A stretch of DNA of 64,000 bases from Macrostomum lignano (GCA_002269645.1 NIVC01001156.1:62001-126000), one strand, 5' to 3'; shown: positions 26,047 to 41,281, numbered from the stretch's first letter. The notes: a model not told the origin generated them from the letters alone. Made by a program: numbers and translations.

Positions 26047-27382
26047 ATAAACTATCGACAAGGGCGTATCGGTCAGTCGGATTTGCCATCCATTCGGCCC
26101 CGCCCAAAGGCTGCCCCAGCAGAGCCCCGCCCAGAGTCCGGGCAGGCGGGTGAACCGACAGCAAAGATCGAACCTGCGCGCGGGTTTTTAGGGCGGGGCC
26201 GTTCTGTATCGAGGGCGAGGGCGAGGGCGAGGGAGGACGGAGGAGAGACGGGCGACTCCCTTTGTTGCCACAGCTCGAGACGGCTTGACCGGGGTTCGGA
26301 TGAGGATAAATATCCCATTCGCCGCAGCTAAGCAGGCAGGTGCATGACGATGAGTCTTTAATCCCCCCTTTTCCCGATTCCCCCGCCACCCGAAAGCCCC
26401 AGCCGCCCGCCCCTAATCTCAGCCCATCTGTAAGACGGCCTTAGCAGCACGCAACGCGAGGCCTTCAATTCAGCCGGAACGGCAGCGACTTGCTTAAATC
26501 CATTTCTAGCCACGGAATCCCCCCCCCCTTACTTTCCTTCCCAGCCTCCTGCTTTCCCCTCTGAAGTCAGCTCATACCTGCTATTTATAATTAGCGCTCA
26601 GAACTCGGAGCTGCAGCAGGCAGCAGCTGCCGCCGCGCTCCGTGGCCCGGGGATCGGGGAGTTTGAAACTCGGCGAGGGGATTTTCGAGAATGAAAGCGA
26701 GCGGATTTGCCTTCCCTGCCGCCCGCCACCGGCGCAGCCCAGCCGCTTTTAACAAGAGACGCAAGAGGCCATCGGTTTCGGGGGTGGGGGGGGAGTGCCG
26801 AAAGATAAAAGGAGTTGGAAAGGAGGGGGCCCGGACTCTGATGGGGCGCCCAGCTTCTCTAATTTGCGGCTTTCCCTTCGCCCGGCTCCCTGCACTCGCA
26901 AAGGCTCAGATTTGGCTTTGAGAGTCGATGCAGTGGCGCAGGATGAGGCTGGGGATGCTGACTGACTGACTGACTCGATTCTGAGGCTCGCCACTCGCCT
27001 GTAGTTTTCGCCAGGGCCCCTCCACTGCCTCTCTCACTAATTGTACCTCATCAGCGGCCTGGCGGGGTGGGGCCTCGACTCTCTCGTGCTCAAGGGGGCT
27101 TAGATGAGGTGGAGGGGATGGGGGAACACGTGTGAGGCGGCCGTATACAGCAAGTGTGCTCAGCCTTGTCCAGTCCTGTCCGATCTCGAACAGCCTTTCG
27201 CCTCGTCTTCCTTGCATTCGCAGTCCTGTCCCACCCTGTCTGAGTGGCCCTGCGAGTTTGTCAGGGCTGGCTTCTCATATCTGCGACTGGGATGCTCAAC
27301 TTGGCAATAACTGTTCTGCGGGGGGGGACTGGCAGCGTAGGGTTTATGGCGAAGGAAATTTGCTTCGGGCCCTTAACTCCGC

Positions 27383-27830
27383 AGTCCTCAGATCCCGAGT
27401 CCTCAGATCCCGAGTCCTCAGATCCCGAGTCCTCAGATCCCGAGTCCTCAGATCCCGAATCCTCAAATCCCGAGTCCTCAGATCAAGAGTCCTCTAATCC
27501 CGAAGATCCGGAGTCCTCAGATCCTGAGTACTCAAACCCTTAAAGTCCTCAAATCCCGAGTCCTTAGATCAGGAGTCTTTAATCCCGAGTCCTCAGATTC
27601 CGAGTCCTCAAATCCCGAATCCTCAAATCCCGAGTCCTCAGATCTCGAGTCCTCAGATCCCGAGTCTTCAAATCCGGAATCTGTAAATCCCGAGTCCTCA
27701 GCTCCGGAGTCTCTAATCCGGAGTCCTCAGATCCGGAGTCTCTAATCCCGAGTCCCAGTCCTTACAACCGAAGTCCTCAAAATCCCGAGTCTTAAAATTC
27801 TGATTCTCAAATAGCAAATGCTGAGTCTTC
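27383..27830. repeat. 15-bp repeat (CCCGAGTCCTCAGAT), degenerating 3'
   Basis: Directly visible. Confidence 0.88.
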
Positions 27831-27981
27831 AAGTCCATAAAAATTTTCAGACCTAAAATCCTCAAATTCCGATGCCAGATTCCGAGTCCTGAAAATTAAA
27901 CATTCATTTTTTACTGCTTACATACTTCGGAATTCACAAACGCAATTTGTTAGTAATGCTATAAAAATATGTATGCTGCAC

Positions 27982-28190
27982 TGCCATGCTCAGACCAAGA
28001 CTCAGTAACCCCATGCTCAGCCCAGGACTCAGTAACCCCATGCTCAGCCCAGGACTAGTAACCCCATGCTCAGCCCAGGACTCAGTAACCCCATGCTCAG
28101 CCCAGGACTCAGTAACCCCATGCTCAGACCAGGACTCAGTAACCCCATGCTCAGCCCAGGACTCAGTAACCCCATGCTCAGCCCAGGTAA
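27982..28190. repeat. 27-bp repeat (CCCATGCTCAGCCCAGGACTCAGTAAC)
   Basis: About 7 copies. Confidence 0.9.
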
Positions 28191-29180
28191 CTTCGCATCT
28201 GGCACCTCGCGACTTTATCGATTTTTCCTACTCTGCATCTCCCGCCCCATCTGAGGATTCTGGGCCATGCAACTCCTGCTTCCTTTTTGCAACAAAAATA
28301 AGGATTCTGAGCACGGCAGCTCCCAGCACCCACTTCCCCACCCAGAGCTTCCTCAACTCCTCTTTGCGTCTTTCAAATTGCTGGCGCTCTCAAAATTTTT
28401 TCTTCCAGATGTAGTGTCGCTGCCGGGTCTCCACCCCCCGCTTAACACGCCGCAGCTTTAAAAATGGGGCAGGGGAGCTGCTCTGGGGATCTGGGGAATT
28501 GATGATGCTGATGACAATGCGCCCATGAAATTTCTGCTCATTGTGTCACTCCCGCTGGGCGGGGACTCTGGGAGGAAAGAGTCTGCTTTTAGTAGAGAGA
28601 ACAAGAGTCTGCATGCAGCGCCTCATCAGCATCGACTTGTATTTCAAACTGGCTTGGCCGCTTCCCAGATCGGCTTCCAAGTCCCGCGAGTCCCGAGTCC
28701 CCTCTGAGCAGTTCTCTGTGAGCAGAAAACTTGGCAAATTGACTGACCACCGGCAACCACTTACAGGGAATTTAGGATTGCCAAATTTTACTGGCTTTTC
28801 ATGGCAGCCCGCGCGTGTAAAAGCAGAAACTGAGGCCAAGCTTTTGTTTTCGAGGTCAAAGTTGCTCCCGCAATGCTGCATTGTATTTGCTACAGCAGCT
28901 GTTAACACGTTATTACTATACACTGTATGCTCATAGTTTACTAATTGAATTGGCTATGCGGGTATTCATAATCATAACTGCCGCAGTAATTATTCAGCTA
29001 TCAGTGACGACCGACTCTCAGAGTTCCGTAGACTGCAGGATTTCGGGTTGCTGGGGGCTGGGGCGCCTCTCCCATTGCTGGAGCAGTTTCGATGTACATG
29101 CATTATTAATCTGATATATGTGTCACATTGTGGGAGCATGTTTCTTACTCAGCTTTGTATGCTTATAAACTTATAATAGT

Positions 29181-29598
<418 letters not shown>

Positions 29599-30562
29599 CT
29601 AGAGTTTTATTGATCAAAACTTTCTCTCAGCAGTGGCAGAAACCTCAGAAAGGGATTCTCCAAGAGCCCAGTCGCGTTCGCAATGACAGTTAAGAGTCAA
29701 AGTGACAGACAGACGCAGCAGTTCTCTACAAATGCTCAGCGCGCAGCTCAGCTGCAGGGGAAGAAATTCTCACACCCGCCCGCCCCCAGTGACTTTCCCT
29801 GTCTGTTGGAAGGGTGGGGAAGACAGCTGGAGCCGGCAGTTTTGAGTGCCCCGGACCCCGGCAACAGCGCCGCCTCCCCAGCCCTGCACTCTCCCTAATT
29901 CTCTCCCTGACCCCCACACGCTGGCAGTCCGGAGCGGAGCTGCACTTGGAGACCATTAGCTGAGCACGAGGGTAAAATATGAGTAATTGTAACCTCACCT
30001 CTGTCTCTGCACTCTCTAACTCTGAGCTGTTGTGGGGCAGAGGCCAGGGGGCTTTGCATGAAACAAAAAAGTGAGTATTTGGTGCTCAGAATTTGTAGGC
30101 AGCTCATTCTGTCCCGCCTCCCCGCTGCTTAGGTGAGTGACAGCTCACGTGGGTTTCTGTATTGCCAGCACAGTGTGTGAGGCTGTCTGTCTGTCTGCAG
30201 TTTTCTAAAATATCTCTCAGGAGCAGACAATGAGAACGGGAGGCAATTAAATTGCATTAATAATGTAGCTACCAGTCCTGCAAGAGGGGTCGAGCTGTTG
30301 AGAGGAGTGTGCTGTGTTCTCGGAATCTTGAAAATTGCCTAATTGAGTTGAGAATTGAATAACCCGAGACCACTGCTGTCCATGCAGATGAGGAGCGGTT
30401 AAGCTGCTTGAGAAACTCCTTCAGTTCTGAGTTGTCAGTTCTCAGACACTGTCAATTCAGTAGTCTGCATTTCAGTGCAAGATGCCAAAACAGCTGCCTA
30501 TTAACGGGCTTGAGTTGGTGTTGAGTCTGTTCTATTTTAAATAATCTGCTCACATAGGCACC

Positions 30563-31003
30563 CCCTGATATTCAGCGGGTCCCTTTCACCCTCCCCTGAC
30601 ATTCAGCGGGTCCCTTTCACCCTCCCCTGACATTCAGAGGGTCCCTTTCACCCTCCCCTGATTATTCAGCGGGTCCCTTTCACCTTCCCCTGACATTCAG
30701 AGGGTCCCTTTCACCCTCCCCTGACATTCAGCGGGTCCCTTTCACCCTCCCCTGACATTCAGAGGGTCCCTTTCACCCTCCCCTAACATTCAGAGGGTCC
30801 CTTTCACCCTCCCCTGACATTCAGCGGGTCCCTTTCACCCTCCCCTGACATTCAGAGGGTCCCTTTCACCCTCCCCTGACATTCAGCGGGTCCATTTCAC
30901 CCTCCCCTGACATTCAGAGGGTCCCTTTCACCCTCCCCTGACATTTAGAGGGTCTCTTTCACCCTCCCCTGACATTCAGCGGGTCCCTTTCACCCTCCCC
31001 TGA
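30563..31003. repeat. 31-bp repeat (TGACATTCAG(C/A)GGGTCCCTTTCACCCTCCCC)
   Basis: About 14 copies. Confidence 0.93.
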
Positions 31004-33313
31004 CTCTCGAGTCTCCAGAGAGCGGCAGCAAGCCCGCGACCATAAAAAGTTGGGCAAGATTTTGACAAAGGCCTCCACACGGTCAGACAGAAACTGAAGG
31101 CTTCTTTCCCGCAAATAATACTGGAGAAAAGAGTGTTCAGGAAAGAGCCGGCAACCCCTCGATCTCTTCTTCTGAGAAGGAAAAGTGAAAGAGAAAATGG
31201 CCTCGCAGCCAGCTTGCCTTGAGAACCCCCTCTTCTCCTTAAGCCCCATTCTCCCCTCTTCCTGTTCCTAACCATATTTTTATAAAAAATCCCCATTTTT
31301 ACCTTCCTGTAAACTTTTTCTCCGCTCACGTTAATGTTGGGCATTTTTCATACTTCCCTACTGTGTCAGAGTTGAGGAAAGGTGTCCGTAGTCGGCAAGG
31401 CAGGCGGTTTTGCATAGAAAAATCCCCAATCAATAGGCAATACAATGCGGCTATCCGCTATTGTCTCTGCGGAGCCGGAAAAGTCATTCTTCTATAAATA
31501 TTCTTCCCTGGCACTCTGACTTCCCGTTTTTCGCTTCAACTCGTCAGGAAACTCCACACCTGAGAGGCAGTTCTGCTCGCATCTAAAGCTCCAGGTGTCC
31601 CTTTGACAAGTTCAGGGCCTAGAAATCTGTTAGTTAGTTAATTAATCGTGTTAACTTATACTTGCTGAGATTCAACTATTCAAGCGTTATGGTATTTGAG
31701 CAATGAAAACAGCCATCAGGGCCAACCTGTGAGCGAGTGTTTGAGGGCGTGCCTGCGGAATGGGCAGAACTGTCTCAGCGTTGGTGTTGTGAGACAATGT
31801 TGCCGAAGTCCTGCAGTCATTATTAATATTATTATTAGCTAGAATGACAACAGTTCGGCTTTGAAAACCGATGATTGTTTAAGATAAGGCGACGCGACCT
31901 TGCAGAATCCCGAGCATTGGCACGCTCAGGGGTTCCGCATGACCAGGATTAGCTCGACACGATTTTGCCAGTTCGCTAATCTCCGCTAATCGCAGGCAGA
32001 TTAACGCTTCGGATTTTGGCACTGAAGGCTAGAGAATGATGGAGTTGCTCAGTGAGGCATCGCGCATGATGAGGCTGGTGCTCATCCGGGCAGAAGATCA
32101 GCGAATGCTTCATTGGAGCTGCGGACTCGGGGGGGGGGGTCCCGTTGAAAACGTTACCGTGACAAGAATCGCTAGGGTGATTGCTAACAACTCACAAGGG
32201 ACTCTAGCGACTGTGGGGCGACTCGAGTCTTGTGACTTTTCAACGACTCAAACGACTTCGGCGACTTGTACCGTGACATCTCGTCGTTTTTGCGTCGTCT
32301 GGAGTCACTTCTTTCCTGTTTTACCTGCGTTACCTGCAACGACTCTGGCAACGCAAGTGACTTTCGGACTCTACTTGGCGTAGGTACCGATTTCATCGGG
32401 GTGTCAGGGAGCGCCGAGGTGCACTGATGGCTTTTCGGAAACCACCACAACCCTGGCGCACACGAAACTTTAATTTAGAACCCGAATACACAGGTCTGCA
32501 GGCGTGAAGCCCTGGCTTAGAACCCCATTTTACCTGTCTCACATTACTTCAGCCTCGAGCTCTCTAAATACATTCTAATTTCTAATGGTTCAGAATCTCT
32601 CCGCATATCCGCTCTCCCCGTACTGAATTCCGGACGCGGCACACAGCCAGGTAATTTCCTATGCGGTGCAGACAGCCGGCACCGTGGGAAACCGAGCTGC
32701 ATCTGTTGCGCAACAACAGGCCCTGGGAGAGCATTACAGTAAAACAAAAACAGAAACAGACGACTCTGGCGGATATTTGAACTGCGGGGCCCTGGGGGGG
32801 GGGGTGGTCCAGTGCTTCCTTTAGCGATGTAACAATCATTCTTGTTAATTCACACGAGAACTGCTTTAATAAAGAGAGAATTTGGCTACTTACCTGCCTG
32901 CCTTCCACACTTTTTATTACGCATGCAGAGGGTTTCCGTGGGAGGCTCTGCAGCCCATTTCTCTCAAAAAAAAGAAATCTTGCCCCACGCTGTTCAAAGG
33001 GACGACAGAAAAAAGAGGAAACCCGAAGCGAGATTGCTTTGAATTTCCAATTTGTAGTTAAGAAGTTGTAGCGAGGCTAAGAATATAATTATAAAGCCAG
33101 GCTTGCATGCAGCCCCTCACGGTGCTGGGCGGTACAAATAGACTGGAAATCTGAGCTGCTTTTGCATGCGGGTTTGTTGCAATTTCCTCAGGGTGTGCCG
33201 GTCCGCTGCTTTTAGTTGCTTGCTCTCTCTTACTGCTGTCCACTGATTCGAATGGGCAAATATTTTCTTTGTTCTGGGCTCTGCTGGACGATTTATTGTT
33301 TTATTTAGCCCGC

Positions 33314-33582
33314 ATTTGGCGCCATCCCACAATCCAGTCCTCAGTTGGCGCCACCCCACAACTCAGCCCTCAATTGGCGCCACCCCACAACTCAGCCCTC
33401 AGTTGGCGCCACCCCACAACTCAGTCATCAGTTGGCGCCACCCCACAACTCAGCCCTCAGTTGGCGCCACCCCACAACTCAGCCCTCAGTTGGCGCCATC
33501 CCACAGTCCAGTCTTCAGTTGGCGCCACCCCACAACTCAGCCCTCATTTGGCGCCACCCCAAGAACTCAGCCCTCATTCGGC
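33314..33582. repeat. 29-bp repeat (TTGGCGCCACCCCACAACTCAGCCCTCAG)
   Basis: About 9 copies ending about 65 nt upstream of cpo exon 2. Confidence 0.92.
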
Positions 33583-33647
33583 GCTATCCCTTCGATGACT
33601 GCTCATCATAATTTAAATTTGGCAACTCCACCTGCCCACCCCGCCAG

Positions 33648-33725
33648 GTCCGCACTTTGTTCGTCAGCGGCCTCCCGATGGACACGAAGTCGCGCGAGCT
33701 GTACCTGCTGTTTCGCGGGTTCAAG
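33648..33725 (+). CDS. cpo: cpo/RBPMS exon 2 ([26 protein letters not shown])
   Basis: Acceptor CGCCAG|GTC, donor AAG|GTGAGT; near-invariant RNP2 block of the RBPMS/cpo RRM. Confidence 0.95.
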
Positions 33726-34124
33726 GTGAGTTTCAAACTATATTTCAATATTTATAACGCAATTTGTTAACTGGCCCTCACAAATTCAACTGCGCAATCT
33801 GTTAAAAGAGACGAAACTGGAATCATAAAAAATTTCCTGCACACTAAAATCGAATGCGTTTTGTTTCTAGGGCCACCTGAAATTGGCAACCGCGAGCTGA
33901 TGGCCAAATTTTTGGTCTCGCGATTTTTTTCTAAGCGAAATTTTGTGAGCCACGAGTTTGAGGAGAGAGGAGTAAGTTCGCCGGGCCGAAACCCGAACAC
34001 GAAGCTTTCCCGCACATCACTGTGGCGCCTTGGAGTTTGGGGTGACATCACAGACCTGAGCACCAGCAATATGATTCACTGTTTTTGTTTGGTTTTTATC
34101 ACAGCGAGGGGCGCTAGGAGGGGA

Positions 34125-35338
34125 CAGTGGCGCCAATCTTAGAGACGGTGGCGCCAATATTAAAGACAGTGGCGCCCTTCTTAGAGACAGTGGCGCCAAT
34201 CTTAGAGACAGTGGCGTCAATCTTAGAGACAGTGGCGCCAATCCTATAGAAAGTGGTACCAATCCTATAGAAAGTGGCACCAATCCTATAGAAAGTGGCA
34301 CCAATATTAGAGACAGTGGCGCCAATATTAGAGACAGTGGCGCCAATATTAGAGACAGTGGCGCCAATCTTAGAGACAGTGGCGTCAATCTTAGAGACAG
34401 TGGCGCCAATATTAAAGACAGTGGCACCCTTCTTAGAGACAGTGGCGCCAATATTAAAGACAGTGGCGCCAATCTTAGAGACAGTGGCGCCAATCTTAGA
34501 GACAGCGGCGCCAATCTTAGAGACAGTGGCGCTAATCTTAGAGACAGTGGCGCCAATATTAAAGACAGTGGCGCCCTTCTTAGAGACAGCGGCGCCAATC
34601 TTAGAGACAGTGGCGCCATTATTAAAGACAGTGGCGCCCTTCTTAGAGACAGCGGCGCCAATCTTAGAGACAGTGGCGCCAATCTTATAGACAGTGGCGC
34701 CAATCTTATAGACAGTGGTGCCAATCTTATAGACAGTGGCGCCAATCTTAGAGACAGTGGCGCCAATCTTAGAGACAGTGGCGCCCTTCTTAGAGACGGT
34801 GGCGCCAATATAAAAGACAGTGGCGCCAATCTTAGAGACAGTGGCGCCAATCTTAGAGACAGCGGCGCCAATCTTAGAGACAGTGGCGCCAATCTTATAG
34901 ACAGTGGCGCCAATCTTATAGACAGTGGTGCCAATCTTATAGACAGTGGCGCCAATCTTAGAGACAGTGGCGCCAATATTTGAGACAGTGGCGCCAATCT
35001 TATAGACAGTGGTGCCAATCTTATAGACAGTGGTGCCAATCTTATAGACAGCGGTGCCAATCTTAGAGACAGTGGCGCCAATATTAAAGACAGTGGTGCC
35101 AATCTTAAAGACAGTGGCGCCAATCTTAGAGACAGTGGCGCCAATCTTAGAGACAGTGGCGCTAATCTTAGAGACAGTGGCGCCAATCTTAGAGACAGTG
35201 GCGCCAATCTTAGAGACAGTGGCGCCAATCCTAGAGACAGTGGCGCCAATCTTAGAGACAGTGGCGCCCTTCTTAGAGACAGTGGCGCCAATCTTAGAGA
35301 CAGTGGCGCCAATCTTAGAGACAGGGGCGCCAATCTCA
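34125..35338. repeat. 21-bp repeat (AGAGACAGTGGCGCCAATCTT)
   Basis: About 58 copies; source of the LAPLSLR/VAPILET pseudo-ORFs. Confidence 0.95.
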
Positions 35339-35843
35339 AGAACAGTTACGCCAGAAGAAGACAGAAGGAGCCGTCACCCCATGGCCGCCACTGCTGCACC
35401 CAAAGCGCAATTTCTGCTGAGATTCGGCCGGAGGGCGGGTGCTGTGAGGCAGCATTGCATAATCTTTAACAAGTCCACGGCGCACCTCCAAACAACTAAT
35501 TCACAAAGCAACACACTAACCAAAACCCCTTGTCTCCGGTGTTTTGCTGCTTTGAATCTGCAAGCAGAAATGATTGAAGCACCGTCGCACTTACTGAAAG
35601 CAGAAAATATAAAAAAGCCGGTGTCTTCTTTCGGTCAGAATTTGCAGTAGTTACAGGAAATAATCACAGTGTCAAGAAAGCAGCTCATGAGTGCTGCACG
35701 TTTCAAGCACCAGTTTAAATAATTTCTCGCATATTAATTTTCGACTTGAGCTCACATTTCCACCCTCGGTTTTGTACACAAATTTTCAATGAAGAAAAAT
35801 GTTTTACCGACGCTAAACACTGCGAAATGAACGCCATCCGCAG

Positions 35844-35897
35844 GGTTACGAGACTTCCCTGCTGAAGGTCACCGGCAAGAACGGGAAAACCACTTCG
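35844..35897 (+). CDS. cpo: cpo/RBPMS exon 3 (GYETSLLKVTGKNGKTTS)
   Basis: Acceptor CCGCAG|GGT, donor TCG|GTAAGT; matches the cpo pattern GYExSLLKVTxKNGKT. Confidence 0.93.
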
Positions 35898-35969
35898 GTA
35901 AGTTCGAATCAGTTCGAATTCCCAGTGCGTCTATCGGCTCCCGATCTAACAATGGAACAAACATTTCAG

Positions 35970-36032
35970 CCGGTCGGTTTCGTGACCTTCAAAAGCCGGC
36001 TGGACGCAGAGATGGCGAAGAAGGACCTGCAG
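35970..36032 (+). CDS. cpo: cpo/RBPMS exon 4 (PVGFVTFKSRLDAEMAKKDLQ)
   Basis: Acceptor TTTCAG|CCG, donor CAG|GTGAGC; RNP1 motif PVGFVTF; preceded by a 72-nt intron. Confidence 0.95.
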
Positions 36033-36671
36033 GTGAGCCGGGCAGGTGCGGCCGGAGGTCGCCAAGGGCGAGCGGGTTGCGAGGGAATGGAAGGAAATTT
36101 GCTGCAAATACTTGTCCGTCTCTTGCTGCTTCCAGTCTCCCCCCGAATTTCCGCTCTCCATCCTTAATCTCATCAGCACGCACGCAATCCGTGAGCCGGC
36201 CTGAGCTGCTCAGCCTCCTTCATCCTGCTCCGTCAAGGTGGCTTTGCCTCGAAATTCGGCTAAAGAGACTATTATGATGAGGCTTTTCTCAGTCTCTCCC
36301 GGCCGACCCTAGCAACTAGCTGCGTCTTCCCGCTTCTTTTTCGATTTTTTTTTCAGTTTAATCCCCGCATATTGCGTGTCTAATATCCCAATGGGACTTG
36401 ACCGAGATTCCCCAACGAAGGACAGTCCTCATCTTCTAGGAAATTGAAGGACAGCTGGGCTTGTCTTTTGATTGAAAATTTATAATATTATTTTTGCTTG
36501 GGTAAAGTGGCGAATTTGAAAATGGAGGAATTAATAAATCAATTCTTTGAGCCACTTTCAGCTGAAGACAGCAAGCGCTCGGGAAGGCACCGAAAGAGCC
36601 TAAAATTATTTTCAAAGAATCGAGGTGAAGGAAAGTGCCTACTTTCTCTGAAATCAATCACCTACCCCTAC

Positions 36672-37376
<705 letters not shown>

Positions 37377-38736
37377 GACGAACCATTTTTAGATTAAATT
37401 TCTCAAATTTTTCTAGAAAAGCAAGCAGAGTTGCTACTGTCAAAGTACGAGTATATTCTTTCTATTTTCTGTGGATTTCAACGCCTCCTGTCTCAACGCT
37501 GTTCTCCTCGTCGAAATTACGAAGTCGTAGAAAACTCTTAAGCCAGTTCGGAGCCGAGGCGCCATGTGTGCTCAAGCACCTCTCCAGTTCTCCAGCTCGT
37601 GAACCAAAGGCGAAATGGCTATTTTTTTAGGCGAGGGTCACAGAGTGGCATAAGAGGTTGGCGGCCCCGGGTCCCTTGGGAACAGTTGGTCAGCGCCGCT
37701 GTCCCCCCTCCCCGACCCCCCTGCCCGCCGCTCTGCGTGTCTCTCCCGACCCATCTCGCTACTCGCATCTTCTTGGCGCAGCGATCGAAGGGTCGCTCTG
37801 TTCTCCCAGCAACCCCGCCTCCCTTCGAAGTCTTGGGTGGCAGGTTTTCTTTGCCAGATCGCCAGAGAAGGAAGGAGCGAGAGAGCTCGAGTGAGTGGAT
37901 TTTTTAGTGCCGCCACGAGGCCAGGGGATATATGTGCAATGGGGATATTGCTTTCTAGCAGGCAGGAGTGTCACGTGCTTTGAATTGAGTAACTCGAGAA
38001 TCCCCCCGCAGGCCGGTGCTTCAGAGTTTCAGTAGCCATTTCCTTTTTAATCGCTTGACTTCAGTTTTCAGTTGGAGGGGGTCCAGTTACACCCTGAAGG
38101 CCCTGAAGGCTTTCAAAAGATTTTTCCTGGAGCTCGCCGCGTCGTGGCCAGAAATTTGCATGCGACTCAGCGGCTCAATGCAAATTGTTAGGGCTGGGAA
38201 AACTTCTCAGGAAGAAGGAAAGAAATTAGTCGGCAGTTCAAAGCGGGCCGCCCACTCCAGGCTCGCATCTGCTTGCATCCGCTTCCAATCCGCGGGAAAG
38301 CCGCCAAATCGCCGCTCCCTAGAGGGTGACTGACTGCGAATTTGAATTGAGAGGTCAAGAGAGCATTTTCAACTTTTGTGTTTAAAAGTTCTACTTAATA
38401 CAGCCGACTGCACTGCTGCCTTATGCTCCGCAAATGGCTCTTTTGGACTCAAATTCAAGCAGCAAAATTTAAGCGAAGATTGCAGCAGGAAGTGTGCAAG
38501 AGTCGGTCAGCTCAGAGTTTTGCTGAGCAGGATTGCGGCTGGGGGCGAGCCATTGAGTTGGATGCAGAGCTTGAGCAGGGGACGGATGGTGAGAAGGAGG
38601 GTGAGGTCAGGAGTATAAAGGTGATTAGGGGATTTTTTAAGTGACAAATGAAATTTTAAGAGACTTATGTTGCTTGTAACTCATAAATAAGATTTTAAAT
38701 GCTGGGACATCCCGCTTTGCACTGTGGACTGCTTAG

Positions 38737-39536
38737 CTGACCGATTCACCCCATACCCTGACCGATTCACCCCATACCCTGACGGATTCACCCCATACCC
38801 TGACCGATTCACCCCATACCCTGACCGATTCACCCCATACCCTGACCGATTCAACCCATACCCTGACCGATTCACCCCATACCCTGACCAATTCACCCCA
38901 TACCCTGACGGATTCACCCCATACCCTGACCGATTCACCCCATACCCTGACGGATTCACCCCATACCCTGACGGATTCATCCCATACCCTGACTGATTTA
39001 TCCCATACCCTGACCGATTCATCCCATACCCTGACCGATTCACCCCATACCCTGACCGATTCACCCCATACCCTGACCAATTCAACCCATACCCTGACCG
39101 ATTCACCCCATACCCTGACTGATTCAACCCATACCCTGACTGATTCATCCCATACCCTGACTGATTCATCCCATACCCTGACTGATTCACCCCATACCCT
39201 GACTGATTCAACCCATACCCTGACCGATTCATCCCATACCCTGACCGATTCACCCCATACCCTGACCGATTCACCCCATACCCTGACTGATTCATCCCAT
39301 ACCCTGACCGATTCACCCCATACCCTGACTGATTCACCCCATACCCTGACTGATTCATCCCATACCCTGACTGATTCATCCCATACCCTGACCGATTCAC
39401 CCCATACCCTGACCGATTCACCCCATACCCTGACTGATTCATCCCATACCCTGACCGATTCACCCCATACCCTGACCGATTCACCCCATACCCTGACCGA
39501 TTCACTCCATACCCTGACTGATTCATCCCATACCCT
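38737..39536. repeat. 21-bp repeat (CCCTGACCGATTCACCCCATA)
   Basis: About 38 copies ending about 17 nt before the cpo exon 5 acceptor. Confidence 0.95.
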
Positions 39537-39553
39537 TCGCTCCAATTCGCCAG

Positions 39554-39692
39554 GGCGTGAAGTTCGACCTGGAGATGCCGCAGACGCTCCGCCTGGAGTT
39601 CGCCAAGAGCAACACGAAGGTGACGAAGCCGAAGCAGCACAGCCCGCAGCAGGCCGCCGCCCACCAGACTCTGCTGCACCAGCTCGCCGGGC
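39554..39692 (+). CDS. cpo: cpo/RBPMS exon 5 (GVKFDLEMPQTLRLEFAKSNTKVTKPK...HQLAG)
   Basis: Acceptor CGCCAG|GGC, donor C|GTGAGT (phase 1); QTLRLEFAKSNTK family signature. Confidence 0.95.
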
Positions 39693-39884
39693 GTGAGTGT
39701 CCCGTTTTGCACTGCGCAATAAAAATCGAGAAAGTTGGAATTTTAGGGATTAGGAAGTCTGTGGGCCACTAGGTAAATGGAATATGGGTCGCCATTATAA
39801 ACCCGAAAAATCACAATCCCTAAATATCACAAACCTAAAATATCATAACTCCGAAAACCAAAATAGTGTTGGACATTGCTAGAA

Positions 39885-40772
39885 CTTTCGGATTTGTGAC
39901 ATTTCGACTTTGATATTTCGGGTTTGTGATGTTTCGGTTTTGTGATAGTTCGGGTTTGTGATAGTTCAAGTTTGTGATGTTTCGGTTTTGTGATAGTTCG
40001 GGTTTGTGATAGTTCAAGTTTGTGATATTTCGGTTTTGTGATAGTTCGGGTTTGTGATAGTTCAAGTTTGTGATATTTCGGTTTTGTGATAGTTCGGGTT
40101 TGTGATAGTTCGGGTTTTGTGATATTTCAGGTTTGTGATAGTTCGGGTTTGTGATAGTTCGGGTTTTGTGATATTTCAGGTTTGTGATAGTTCGGGTTTG
40201 TGATAGTTCGGGTTTTGTGATATTTCAGGTTTGTGATAGTTCGGGTTTGTGATAGTTCGGGTTTTGTGATATTTCAGGTTTGTGATAGTTCGGGTTTGTG
40301 ATAGTTCGGGTTTGTGATAGTTCGGGTTTGTGATATTTCAGGTTTGTGATAGTTCGGGTTTGTGATAGTTCGGGTTTGTGATAGTTCGGGTTTGTGATAG
40401 TTCGTTTTTGTGACATTTCGGGTTTGTGATATTTCAGGTTCGTGATAGTTCGGGTTTGTGATAATTCGGATTTGTGATATTTCGGATTTGTGATATTTCG
40501 TGTTTGTGATCGGGTTTGTGATAATTTGGGTTTGTGATAATTTGGGTTCGTGATAGTTCGGGTTTGTGATAATTCGGGTTCGTGATAGTTCGGGTTTGTG
40601 ATAGTTCGGGTTTGTGATATTTCGGATTTGTGATATTTCGTGTTTGTGATCGGGTTTGTGATAATTTAGGTTTGTGATAATTTGGGTTCGTGATAGTTCG
40701 GGTTTGTGATAATTCGGGTTCGTGATAGTTCGGGTTTGTGATAGTTCGGGTTTGTGATAGTTTGGGTTTGTG
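39885..40772. repeat. 16-17-bp repeat (GGGTTTGTGATAGTTC and variants)
   Basis: Directly visible. Confidence 0.93.
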
Positions 40773-40844
40773 AAGCCCCCCACTCGCTACCAAGCTCAGC
40801 CTCCATCATATTTGAGAAGTCCACGCAATCCCGTCCAACTGCAG

Positions 40845-40978
40845 CCGAGCTGCCAGCCTTCATTCCCACTACGGACGCCTGGCCGACTCACCCGGCCTTC
40901 TCGTACGCGGACTTGACCACGCCGACGCTGTTCCCGTCCACCGCGCTGCAGCCGCTCACCCAGATGCCCATCCGAGCC
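40845..40978 (+). CDS. cpo: cpo/RBPMS exon 6 (PELPAFIPTTDAWPTHPAFSY...QMPIRA)
   Basis: Acceptor CTGCAG|CC is phase-compatible with exon 5; donor GCC|GTGAGT; Pro/Ala-rich tail with a W.....Y pattern like RBPMS/cpo C-termini. Confidence 0.8.
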
Positions 40979-41281
40979 GTGAGTGCCAAACCTGATCGCC
41001 AGCATGCAACTCACACTACTGTCTTATATATACTACTTAATTGAAGCGATGCCCGCCATCAGTTGCATTTTACTGTGCATGCGGCTTTCTGCATTCCATT
41101 CGGGCTCAAACGCATTGACTTTAGTCCAAGTGAGCCAAACCATTGAAACCAACCCAACAGAGTCGCCTAAAAGGACTATCGCAAAGATTAAGGTCCATAT
41201 ATACCAAATTGTCAGATTGACTAAGTTCTGAAAGCTGAAGAGTCAGTCAGACTTACCTGCTGTTTTAGCGGATGTTCTGGT

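Noticed and set aside
34017-35650. 440-aa and other long ORFs on both strands (LAPLSLR / VAPILET repeats)
   Set aside because: They arise from a 21-bp (7-codon) tandem unit lacking stops in those frames; intronic, with no splice or domain support.
38737-39536. G-rich minus strand (GGGTATGGGGTGAATCGGTCA) and the GGGTTTG array at 39885 as interstitial telomere repeats
   Set aside because: The units are not TTAGGG-type short repeats; ordinary minisatellites.
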